The position numbers and the translations under genes were made by a program. A stretch of DNA of 61,770 nucleotides, the filler included, from Jimgerdemannia flammicorona (lineage: Eukaryota), in assembly GCA_003990765.1 (NCBI GenBank). It is 3 parts of 3 records of this genome, joined end to end, with 100 filler letters (N's around TTAATTAATTAA, not from the genome) between each part and the next. Parts side by side here need not be neighbours in the genome. Positions count along the whole stretch, not along the records: positions 41,253 to 61,770 come from RBNJ01001662.1; 2 more parts are not named here. One strand, given 5' to 3'. The notes under the pieces are model-generated. The model was not told where the DNA came from and did not search any database. It saw nothing but the letters and a program-made list of their open reading frames with translations. Below, one piece after another: positions 51,232 through 61,770 of the stretch; the first letter of the stretch is position 1, and the number at the start of each line of letters is the position of its first letter.

Positions 51232-53039
51232 TTTGGATCGTGTTGTGGTATATACGTCAAGGGAGGAAAGCCTCAATGCCGGTTCTGCATCGTGATATAT
51301 ATACTGTGGAAGCGGTGTCTAAATCCGTGCGATATATTTATTCTGGTTGATTCCTCGAGACCGATGGGTTGATTCTAAGGTCAGTTCTGGGGTTCCGGGG
51401 TTTCCAGAAATCGCTATACCTTCGAGCGATCTGCAGATCCTGCAGCCCGTTCGATGACAAATTAGATAGCTGTGGGCCATTGATTGGCCGGCAGTTATAG
51501 GGTTTGGCTATTTATGCTCATCACTTTCCGTGAATACCATTTCAAAGTGACGAATGGTGGAATTGAATATTTTCACTCGTTCCGAAGAGTCATTCGATAT
51601 TAGGATTGTGAAATGTCCACAGGGCTCGCCTTCCTCTTCCACTTTTCCCATTTGTGAAACCAACAATAGCTAGCACAAAAGGAAAGACCACGTTGCGCGG
51701 AGATCCTCACCGGTATGAAGGTTATGTTGTAAGGCAACTTGGCATGGCAGCAAGAGCATGGGACGGGTAATATTCAAGCCGTATACGAGGCTTGGCTATC
51801 TATTCCGTTCCTATATGTTCCTAAACTCAGGAGGCCTTCACCATATTGGGGATCATTGATCTGCAAACCGAAACTCGGTCACTTTGACGATCGCAAAAGT
51901 GGCGCCTAGGACTCTGCAATAACACTAGTGCCAGGTGAATATACGTCATCGAAAATGTCGATCCACTGACCTATTTCAATGGTGCCCATTGCCAACGTGC
52001 TATGCATTGATATTGATAAACTTAATATGGGCTGATCGGGTGGAACCCTAGCAACGGGATATACGGAAGGTGGAGACGTAGTTTGTAAAAAAAGTATTTC
52101 GACATATGCATTTATTGCATTTGAGGTGCCCAGCCCCGACACTCATATTGGCGAAACGTGCCAAATCGGTTTTGATGAAGAAACATATGACACCGGAATC
52201 CTGAAGGTCTTATGTATCTATCAATTTACCACATTTAGGCATTCGATGATCCGATTGTCTGGCCGCTGGTGTGGGCCATAGTAAATTCTTCGTGCTAAAA
52301 CCCAAAGATGGTAAGGACGAAATTGACGGGTCGTATTATTATATAGAATCGGAGCGAATGGCAGTGTGGACATAGAGTGGCGTATGCGTACAATTATTAA
52401 CATGATATATTTGCAAGAATTTATTCATGACGTCGATTTTATCCACGTAGCGTAAGTATTCCCTTTTTGGCCATACGGAAAGAGGTTTTACCCTTGGAAT
52501 AAAAATTGAAGCTGCAAAAGAACGATTTATTATTAAAGCATCCTTAATTTGTAACAGGTAAAAATATTATTAAAATAAATAATATATTTAGCATATATCT
52601 AAATATTGATATCTATAAGTTATAATAATACTCTATATATTAATATTATTATATAATTATTTAGTTATTAATAAGATTTGTTTTATAATTATAATGTGAG
52701 GTTGGAAAAATGTGAGGTTTGGAGATTAAGCAGCGGCGAAAACCGAAAGCCGGCAAAGCCGTTAGATGTTCGGCGCTCAGGGTCTTCGTACTATTTAGTC
52801 GTCATAAAGCTTTGCTCGAGGATTTCTGGTGAAAATAGGAATTGATAGGCAGGAAACCAGCCGTGGAGGCACAGGGCGGGATGCCTACTCTGTTGTAGCC
52901 CTAAGCCTTCCACACGTGCATCCTAAACCCAGCTTGGGGCAATGCAAGATGACAAAATTTAGCCGGAAATACAATTCACCGATAAACAAATGACTGTAAT
53001 TAGAACGACCATTCGAACAATGATTATCCGACTATTCTC

Positions 53040-53130
53040 TGCAGAATGACGATTAATCGCAGAATGACGATTAATCTCAGAATGACGAGCAGAATGACGG
53101 AAGGCGATTAACTATAGAACGTCGATTATT
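53040..53130. repeat. 18-bp minisatellite (GCAGAATGACGATTAATC)
   Basis: About 4 degenerating copies. Confidence 0.75.
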
Positions 53131-55459
53131 GTCCGCAGAACAATAACTAAACACGGATTAACTCGGATTTATTTGGAGCAGTTGATTTCCAAAAAAAAAA
53201 ACCGGTTATTACTTCTTTTTCTAATAGCCGACCAAAAAAAAAAAAAAAAAAAAAAAAAAATGTCATGTCAATTTTTTGCTATCTGGAAATACCAATCACC
53301 ATTTAGTAGCTATCCTCCTTTTCTTAAAAAAGGTTCTTTCATAACAACGCAAAATATATCGTCGCGTGCAAGAGTAAGAGGAACTTAATGTCGCAATAGA
53401 AGGTCAATGAGTACGATAACGACTGAGAGAGCATTGTCGATGGCACGAACAACACCGCTGCGCACCCGGATATCCAACTCTACAATCTGACTGCAATGTC
53501 ACCAATGTGTCTGATTATCGTCAGGCCGCCAATACCCAAGAGCCTGCTGACCTGGTAAGTGGACTGCAATGTTATCAATACAAGGTCAGTCCCTACTATA
53601 TCCAAAACATTGTTGACGACAGAATGCATGTGATCTTGTCAAAACTGCGGCAAACCGGCAAAACCCGATCAGTTTCAGGTCGTTTATTATTATTATTATT
53701 GAACGCACTCATATACACTATCGCAGTGGCAAATCAGTGCTGCAGTAATGCCTTACGTGCTGTGTTTCTTAGCAGAGCGGTTCGAAGGTGTAGAGCGCTT
53801 TCGAGTTTCATCTCGATCATGCTGAAATGCAGGTCCGATTCCAGCACATTTCAGACATTCCCGCACACTGCTGCACATTCCTGCACATCAATAATGGATG
53901 GGCCTGGACGATACGAGGAAGTACATGTTGACGAGATCTATGGAAAGTAATTTTTTATAGTTGACCTGTCAAACGCGGGGAATTGGGAGATTTAGTTGAA
54001 TACCACATCCATCATGACGTAGCTGAATTTGGTAAAGTTTATTAATGTCATCATTGGTCTCATGCCTGGTCTGCTGGCCTCTGATCGGTTTTTCCATGGA
54101 TACGGGTGTCGATGCCGAAGCGGTTAGCCCGCTCAAGAATTCAATTTGTGCTAAGCTAATAACAGTGACGGGGCTTCCTCCCGTCGACCCGGTCAGATAC
54201 AGTGCCAAGCTGCGACGGAGCAAAAAAAAAAAAAAAAAAAAAAAAAAGTGGGATGAGTCATGCGTGGAAGGTGTCAGGAGGGTACATCCCTTCCGAGTAC
54301 CGGGTCCATCTTCGTCTTTGTGGGAATCTTTTGCCATATAAAATAATGATAAAGTGTCGTGAGCCCGTGATGACATCGACGCGGCGATATTTTTTTTTCG
54401 CTCAACCGATCTCTGATGAATTTTAATTTGAATTCATTAGCAAATCACACATTATTACGTAGGCCCATTTCTGCCTCGATATAATTACAATTATAGTTTT
54501 CTCGACCGCAGCAATGATCCATAATTCAGCAGTTCGATTAAGTTAGGTGCCGCCACGAGGCCATTGGCTAGCTGCCGCCAAGGAGGCCATTTTTTTTTGT
54601 TGGTTACTTTGCGAAACTTCACACAAGGAAAGCTTCCATGCGGACTTGATGACCAATACGTTAAGCTCGGGGGCTGAATTTGCCACATAGCCAAAATTAA
54701 CAGAAAAAAAGTCTCGGCAAGCGCATCAATATACAAGGTCCGCGGATGTTCAGAATGTGGCGGAAGAGCACAAAAAGCAATATCACAAGCAATAATAGAG
54801 GTTGTCCGTCATTGGCGAGATTTGCTTATATAGACAACAAACGCTGCTTCTATTTTGTATATACAAATGTATCGAAGGTGTCGGATTCATAAATCCGCCA
54901 GTGATTGATAGGAGGGAAGGTTTGTGTATTGTCTGGATCTCATTTTTCGCCAAAATCAGCACAGTTGCACCGATGACAACATGTTATTTATTTTATTTCA
55001 TATTGAAGCGCCTGTTTAAATTATTGTTTGTGAAAAAAGGTTAAACCTCGACCATTAAATTAAAATCAGGGTTCAACAATAACAAATATTAATATCATCA
55101 GACGTCGGATGTGTTGTATTTTTGACTAAAAAAGCAATATTTAAACATTTAAATTAAGTACATGTAATCGCCGAGAATATCATTGCAACCCGGCCGTTCA
55201 TGCCGTGGGAATCATTAAACACATCTCGTCTTATATTCGCTTCAGTATGCCTTGATCAAATCACCAAAATTCAGCTTCAGAAAAATTGTCAACAAAAAAT
55301 CACACTAGCCTTAAAGTAATTATAAATAGAAAACGAGTTTGACTAAGCCTCGGTTGTTACACAAACGTCGCGATAGATAGAGACTCTATTTGGCTATCTC
55401 AAAAATGCTATAAAAATCGCAAGATTTACTGCGCAGAGTTTCCCTTCTTCTTCTCTCTC

Positions 55460-55735
55460 ATGTCTTCACGAACCAGCGAGTTTTACACATGCCCAAACTG
55501 TCCAGCCGTATATGGATTCCGGCGCGGTTTAAAAGGCCACCTGAAGAGACACTGCCCTGCAAACCAGGAGTGCCCGCACTGTCACTTTCGTATACCGGCG
55601 GACGAATGGCCCACACATGTTGAGGGTTGCCCTTCCCGTCCCATCCAGTGTCTCAACTGTAGAGGGATGTTCACCATGGACACAATCGTTAATCATCTAT
55701 TATCTTGTGAGGATGATCCGGCCAAGACCGTTTAG
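55460..55735 (+). CDS. Small 91-aa multi-zinc-finger protein
   Basis: CPNC-x12-H-x3-H(C), CPHC-x11-H-x3-C and CLNC-x11-H-x3-C (TRAF/C2HC-like). TATAAAAA lies about 50 bp upstream. Confidence 0.7.
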   Translation: MSSRTSEFYTCPNCPAVYGFRRGLKGHLKRHCPANQECPHCHFRIPADEWPTHVEGCPSRPIQCLNCRGMFTMDTIVNHLLSCEDDPAKTV

Positions 55736-57716
55736 GTGCTGCGCGCGGCGTGCCTTCCGTCGATTGGACTGCGCCAGCTGGCAAGCACGTTTTTCGGTGT
55801 CTGATTGGTTTTATCTCTCGAGATTGGGATGTTTATATTTCCTTCCACCAAAAACATTACATACATAAAAGCTTACAGCTTTGCTTGTATTCTACATTAG
55901 TTTTTCCTTCAATAGGACACAATGCATATAATTTCATCCGAGTGTAAGATACCTTCTTAAACATTATCCACTTATCATTGCCCATCTACGGAACGGTTAA
56001 TCCAGTCACTACTGAACATTCTGATACGAAGCGGTGGTCCGGATTGTGAGAGCTGTGATTTTGACACGCGCCGAGGGATCAGTCTTCCAGAGCGTCTATG
56101 GAGAAAAGTGGTTATTACGGACGATGAGAATACTCACCAACAAGTTGAGCGTTTACAGTACAGTACCCACCGGCCCGAGGCGCGAAGTATCGTGTTCTTG
56201 GCACAGCTCAGTTATCGGAATCAGGAAAGCCCGGCCTTTTGCAACGACTTCCACGGCATCGTAGCCAATATACGTAATTTTATTTCGTTGGGTTGATGGG
56301 TGTCAGTTGGCGTGGTAAACATTCCATAATTCGTTCTGCAAATTGTTTGTTCTATAGCAAGTGCTACTGCTCCCATACCATGTGAGAGTATTGGTAAGGA
56401 ATTCCTGTGCAGTCGCTTAAATTCGACGATTAGGTGATAGGCGAACCTATCGGGGCATCGGCATTTGACGTTCTGCGCCAGGCCTATTATGTGGATGCTC
56501 GTGTCTGCTTGCACGAGGATTCCATGCTCAAAATTGTGTTGACAAATATGTACAGGTTACCCCCTTAATCCCCCCCTTTTTTTTTTGACACTTGCATTTG
56601 CGGCTAGCGTTCCCGATCCGCTGGGCGGTTCGGGTCGGGTCGGGTTACGGAACACTATTTGTGGATCTATTTCCCAATAGCAACGCGATTCTTGTTTTCG
56701 AATAAAAATGGTAATCTACTTTCGTTTTTCCTCTCACTGAACTGTTCAATCGCAAACTTCACATCGCCGATACTGACACCGGAAGCCAACCTCCAGTTCG
56801 ACGTGAACTACTGACTGTGTGCGCACCCTGTTATCTATTATCTATTCTAAAATAGTGTTATGTTTAAGCGTTCACGTTGCAAGAAACTCAGCAACAAACT
56901 ACCTCAGCTAGAGACGATGCCAATGCTAATATCTTTCAAAGTCCGAACAAACAGTTTAAAGCAGCGTCGTGAATTTATTCGACAAGAACATGACACATCC
57001 AGATCATTCCAGCTGGTCATATTTATGTTTCCAGAAATCGAGAAGACGGAGCTGATGAAGCAGATTTATGCGCTTATATATCAACTTCTCGTATGCAGGT
57101 TCACTCTGGGGTCGGCTTTGTTTTGACACTTTGACACCTGATTTTATATTAGCGCGAAAAAAGCATAATTAAAATTAAAAATAGCCTTATTTCTTTGTTC
57201 CGACACCCTTTGCATCCTACGCCATCTGTTCCGGTTTCTGCTTGACTACCTTATGACCCTCCATGTGGGTTTGAGCATCGAGCTCTCGAGTACTGAAGCT
57301 GAATGCTCAGCGTGCTTTTCCCCCAAGGTCCCTTATCCAATGCCCCTTCCCACACACATAAACAACTTTTGGTAGCGCTTGAGAAAGCTAACCATAGAAT
57401 CCATGTTACTCTTCCACAGCTCCGGCGACATCCGTCAAGGCCTCCAACACGGTAGTATCTAATTCGGCTCCTCTTGAGCTGGTCACGGGCAACTGCTAAA
57501 CGGTGAGCGCGTTGGGGACATGGACGACGACGCCCTGTTGGAACTTGACAAGATGATGTATTCGTTGGTTTATCGTTTCGCGTCATTTGGCATTTGTCTG
57601 GTAATGGTCACGTGAGCAGACTGACTTGCGTGACTGGTCCATTCCATTTACGTTGTCTTTCTTCATTTACAAAACTCTTTCTTCATTTACAAAACTATAG
57701 TCTTGACCAACCAACA

Positions 57717-58862
57717 ATGTTGACTACCCTCCCTCCTGAACTTCTCCTCCACCTAACCTGCTACCTTCCTCTCCCGGCCCTGTGGCACCTCTCTAACACC
57801 TCGCGCGAGCTCCGGACCCTCTCACTCCAAACCTTACGCCACATCCACCACATCGACCTCGATGCCGAGCGCGCCCGTAACCCAAACCTGGTCCTCGTGC
57901 GCTCCGCCCTACTCCATCTCCCCAATGTCCGCGATCAACCCCTTGTCATCGACTGCGTTGCTCGCCACGTCTGGCAGCTCGTCATCGTTGACGGTGCAGG
58001 GGGCTGGGACCTGCCAGACCGCAGCCCACTCGATCGTATTCTCGAGCTCGTCTTCCAGCACGCTGTCGCTTGCTCCGGGAACTCTGAGCAAAAGCCCAAC
58101 GTTATCGCTGCCACCGCCACCGCCACCGCCACCACCACCGAAGCTCTAAGCTTAACCCTCACCAACGATCCCACCACCACCACCACCGACTCCACCACCG
58201 ACCCCACCACCCTAACCCCGCAAGCTCCCTACCTATCCTTTATCCTTTCGCTCTACCACGAAGCGACATCGACATTCACTCCGACGTCCCCGCCAACCGC
58301 CCTTCCACGATATGACATGGCTTTCCCATCCTCCGCCTGCCGCGCGGCTCTTTTCTACATGCAATCACACTCTCCTTTTATTGCCCTGACACTTCCGTCG
58401 TCCCGACCTGCACCGCAACGCCGCGCCCTCCGCCGTGCCCTGGCGGACATCACAGCGACATTTTCACTGGTCGCGGAATTGTATGCGCACGAGCTTATCG
58501 GCTCTAATTACCTGCTCATTCTCGTTGCGTACGGCGTTGCCATTATGGCGGCGCAGGATGAGGCTCTGGAGCGGGAGCGGATTGAGTGCGAGAGGAAGCG
58601 CGAAGCGTGCGGGAGCATTGACTTCGAGTTCAACACAAGCGCGGCGGACGCTCACGCTAAGATCTTGGCGGCGGCGCGGTTTGGTGTACTGCGAAATTTG
58701 CTTTCCGTGGTGGGAAGGTGCCTGGGGAGGCATGAGCGCGATGGGTATGCGAGTATAGTTAGGCTTGTGAAGTACCTAAAGGAAGAGACCGGGCGGGCTA
58801 GTGAGGCCTGGTTGGCCGTCATTAAGAAGGTGAGGAAGGTGAGGCAAGGGCTTCTTTTTTAG
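57717..58862 (+). CDS. Intronless F-box protein, 381 aa, with an unknown helical C-terminus
   Basis: N-terminal 'MLTTLPPELLLHLTCYLPLPALWHLSNTSRELR' is a canonical F-box. A Thr-rich linker follows. Confidence 0.85.
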   Translation: MLTTLPPELLLHLTCYLPLPALWHLSNTSRELRTLSLQTLRHIHHIDLDAERARNPNLVLVRSALLHLPNVRDQPLVIDCVARHVWQLVIVDGAGGWDLPDRSPLDRILELVFQHAVACSGNSEQKPNVIAATATATATTTEALSLTLTNDPTTTTTDSTTDPTTLTPQAPYLSFILSLYHEATSTFTPTSPPTALPRYDMAFPSSACRAALFYMQSHSPFIALTLPSSRPAPQRRALRRALADITATFSLVAELYAHELIGSNYLLILVAYGVAIMAAQDEALERERIECERKREACGSIDFEFNTSAADAHAKILAAARFGVLRNLLSVVGRCLGRHERDGYASIVRLVKYLKEETGRASEAWLAVIKKVRKVRQGLLF

Positions 58863-59534
58863 GTGCATTCCCAGCGCGATGATTCTAACATCCGATGAAT
58901 GGTCCACCTCAGGATCAGGAGCGCAAGATCAAAGAGGTCGAGGCCTATCTCCGCAACCTGCAAGACAGGTACCGCGACCGGCTGGGGCCAGAGCCCCTTT
59001 CGTTCTAAGAGGGTCAGTGAACGTTCGGGTTTAGGCAGCGTGTGGTTTTTCTTATTCCTTTGAAGGTGCGTGAGGCCGTTAGATTGTCCAGTCGTGCGTA
59101 GAACGAAGCTGATGGACGGGAGCAATTTGGGAGACGGATTTTTTTTGTTAACGAAAATTGCATTCAGTGCATTTCTATGTTGCCCCTTGGTCCTCTACAG
59201 TTTGATTTAATTTTCATTCATGACTCTTGTATCTGTCCCACTATATAATCCCTCCAGCGGGAATTGTACACTGTATCCGAATCCTATATCGGCATTCTCT
59301 CCCCATCTTTCCTATGAATTGTTGGAAATATTCAACTCGACAATCCTTACCAAGCATGATGCTTTTAACTGTATCACCACAAAATTCACGAATGATTGTT
59401 TATAAGGACCATAAAGAACCAAAAATACAATAATCCCAGATATTATACTACCACATCCACCATCCACCATACCCCTCTCCTCCTCTATCTCATCCATTCT
59501 TCCGCTGGATCCCTCTCTCCCTTATCCTCCAACC

Positions 59535-61180
59535 TCACCGCCTCCAATACTGCGCCCACTTGTGGATGGTTTCCATGACCTGCGGGAACAGCGCGTTGAC
59601 GGACTCAGTGATGAGCGACTGGAAGTAGTTGATGGCAGCCTCCTCCGACAGGTCGAGCCGGAACTTCTCCTGCACCTGTTTTCGTGATAATATGAGAGGA
59701 GGACGCGACGATCAGTGATGCAACATAGACACCAATACCCTCGCCGGCGCCATGTAAATACTTTTTTGCTTCCCACCAAATCACAGCAACATACCTTGAG
59801 CACGGCCTTATCTGGCTCAATTTTAATATCTGGCACATTCGCATCGACCATAAGCGCGAACAAATTGAGGATCAAATTAGCGTTCTTCCTGAGGATAATG
59901 AACGCTGTGAAACAGTGGCTGCGGAACTTTTGATAGTGGGCGCTGTTCGCACCGCCCATTGCTTCGATCATCTCCTTGCACAGCTTCATAGGCGGAGGGA
60001 ACGGCTTCGGATCACGCCCCAGGATGAACCCAAAATCCACGTGGAACAAGTTGCCGTCGGGGGAGAGAAGAAGATTGTCTAGGTGCCGATCGCCTACGCC
60101 TAGAAGGTAGGTGATTACGCAGTAGCCGGCTGTGGGGGGACGGAAGTATGTTCGAGGGAGGAAGTGTGGGTGAGACGATAGAAATAACCTTTGCACGAAA
60201 TACCACCCACCGCCATATCCCTCTCCAAAGAACTTACCGCAACTCTTGATATACGTATCCATTACCGTGGCATCAACTCCATACGTCGAGGGGCTATTCT
60301 CGTCGGGATGGTGGCGCCTGAGATAGGCCAACAAATTCCCATTATGTTCTGTGAGAACATTGGCGAGCGAGGCGGACGGGATGAATTGCATGAGGCCATG
60401 GTCGGAGCCCGTGGCAAGGACCTTGTAAGGGGTGAGGCGAAGGTCGAGGTTCTCCTTGCGTAGCAACTTGTCCATCAATGTGATGATCTGGATCACCAAT
60501 TGGTCCTGGCGGAGGTCGTCGCCCGTTTTGAATATTACCTGCGTGGGGATGTGCGAGGGATGTCAGTAAGGGTTCTCAACACGCCTTTGAGGCGACGATA
60601 TTATTAGCCATCACACACGCACCACGCACTACTCGTCAACACGTACTACTCGTCATACTTACAGGATACTCCCCCTCGTCGACCGTGGAGAAAAACAGCC
60701 TGAGGGGCTGCAGATTGCTGTTGTACACTGACGCTTTCTCTGTTTCCCGCAAAAAATGTATACAAACACAACATATACACTAGCGTCAGCACCCAAATGA
60801 TCTATATCACCTACTCCTCTTCTTCATCGCAGAAGAGTACAAAAAAAATACCCACCAGCCACCAAACCCCCGACCTCGAACCTCGGGTCCAGCGGCAGCG
60901 GCAAAGGAGCGAATGAGGCCAACGTGGGAAACGCGCTGGTGCCTCCTTTGGGGTCGGAGATCATAGAGCGGAGGCGCTCGATCTGTGCAAACGGGACAGA
61001 ACTGTCACAACTCGCCGCTCGAAAAATCCCAGCAACCAGGTATTCAATCAAACAGAACTACCATCGGCCTCACATCATTCCATTCATACCCAATGAACTA
61101 CTTTCCGACGTTACAGTCCTCACTTCATTCCATTCATACCCAATGAGCACCTTCCCATGTTACCGTCCTCCCCCACCACC

Positions 61181-61214
<34 letters not shown>

Positions 61215-61742
61215 CACGCACCTTCTTAGACCTAATCTCCTTCATTGCGCGTACGTCTCTCGAAATTTGCGACAGCGCAACGATAAGCTCGCTCTGCCTA
61301 CGCAGAATCTCGCGCCGGTTCGACATTGACGGAATCTAGGGGCCAAAACAAAACGCGGCCATAACCGCACGCGTACAAGAAGGTAAGGAAATCCAATATC
61401 ATTCTGTGCACATGATGGGCCGCAACCCCCCACACACATCCCTATATAAAAAATATATAACCACACCTCCTCCATGGCTTTCATGAAGTCGAACGCGACC
61501 TTCCCGTACATCTTCCTCCCAATCATCAGATCCTTCCCGTACATATTCACAGGCGTCGGATCTGTGCATTCGACCATAAGGTACCAATGGAAATAGTTGC
61601 CGAGCACGGGATTGCGCACCGCGCGCTCGATCAGGAACTGTGCTAAGGGGGAGTCCATTCCCGGGGAGTCCGTCACGCCCCACGCCGTAAAGTGTTCGAA
61701 TTTCAGGGCTTGTACGAGTTGGAGGAGATAAAGGAGAAGATC
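59535..61742 (-). CDS. VPS34: Class III phosphatidylinositol 3-kinase Vps34, 3' part (multi-exon, cut by the contig edge)
   Basis: [116 protein letters not shown] and [12 protein letters not shown]. Confidence 0.97.
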
Positions 61743-61770
61743 CTGTATGTTTTTTTTTTTTTTTTTTTTT

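Noticed and set aside
52560..52700. Extremely AT-rich patch
   Set aside because: It has no termini, TSD or repeat structure, so it cannot be assigned.
53780..53940. Possible kinase subdomain XI remnant on the minus strand (RPSIIDV.EC...MCWN)
   Set aside because: It is too short and frameshifted, and no other kinase motifs were found.
61180..61215. T-run followed by A-run, resembling a hairpin, in a VPS34 intron
   Set aside because: Long homopolymers are common throughout these contigs and may be inflated by assembly.

Overview
Eukaryotic, intron-rich fungal DNA. An early-diverging lineage (Mucoromycota/Endogonales-like) is my inference from gene style only. The window is three unrelated contigs (1-20528, 20629-41152, 41253-61770; 20528/20524/20518 bp, i.e. 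size-sorted) joined by artificial N44-TTAATTAATTAA-N44 linkers. Host genes: a pyridoxamine-5'-phosphate-oxidase-like gene, MAD2 (5' part) head-to-head with cyclin L, cystinosin/ERS1, an SH3BGR-like thioredoxin-fold gene, two intronless F-box genes plus F-box pseudogenes, a 5-exon secreted ricin-B-like lectin that is mostly hidden from the ORF track, a small zinc-finger ORF, a duplicated orphan gene and VPS34 (3' part). Two strongly C->T/G->A-mutated transposon nests (1-8540 and 43000-49260) can be resolved with target-site duplications. They contain a decayed LINE, a PIF/Harbinger element, hAT and fold-back MITEs, two full-length copies of a ~1.2 kb poly(A) non-autonomous retroposon whose 5' part matches the LINE's 5' leader, and two different long TG...CA solo-LTR-like elements. 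Each of those two elements carries a homologous ORF upstream of its TATA box (U3 position). The U3-ORF elements, the internally deleted LINE derivative and the RIP-like hypermutation are the most interesting observations.
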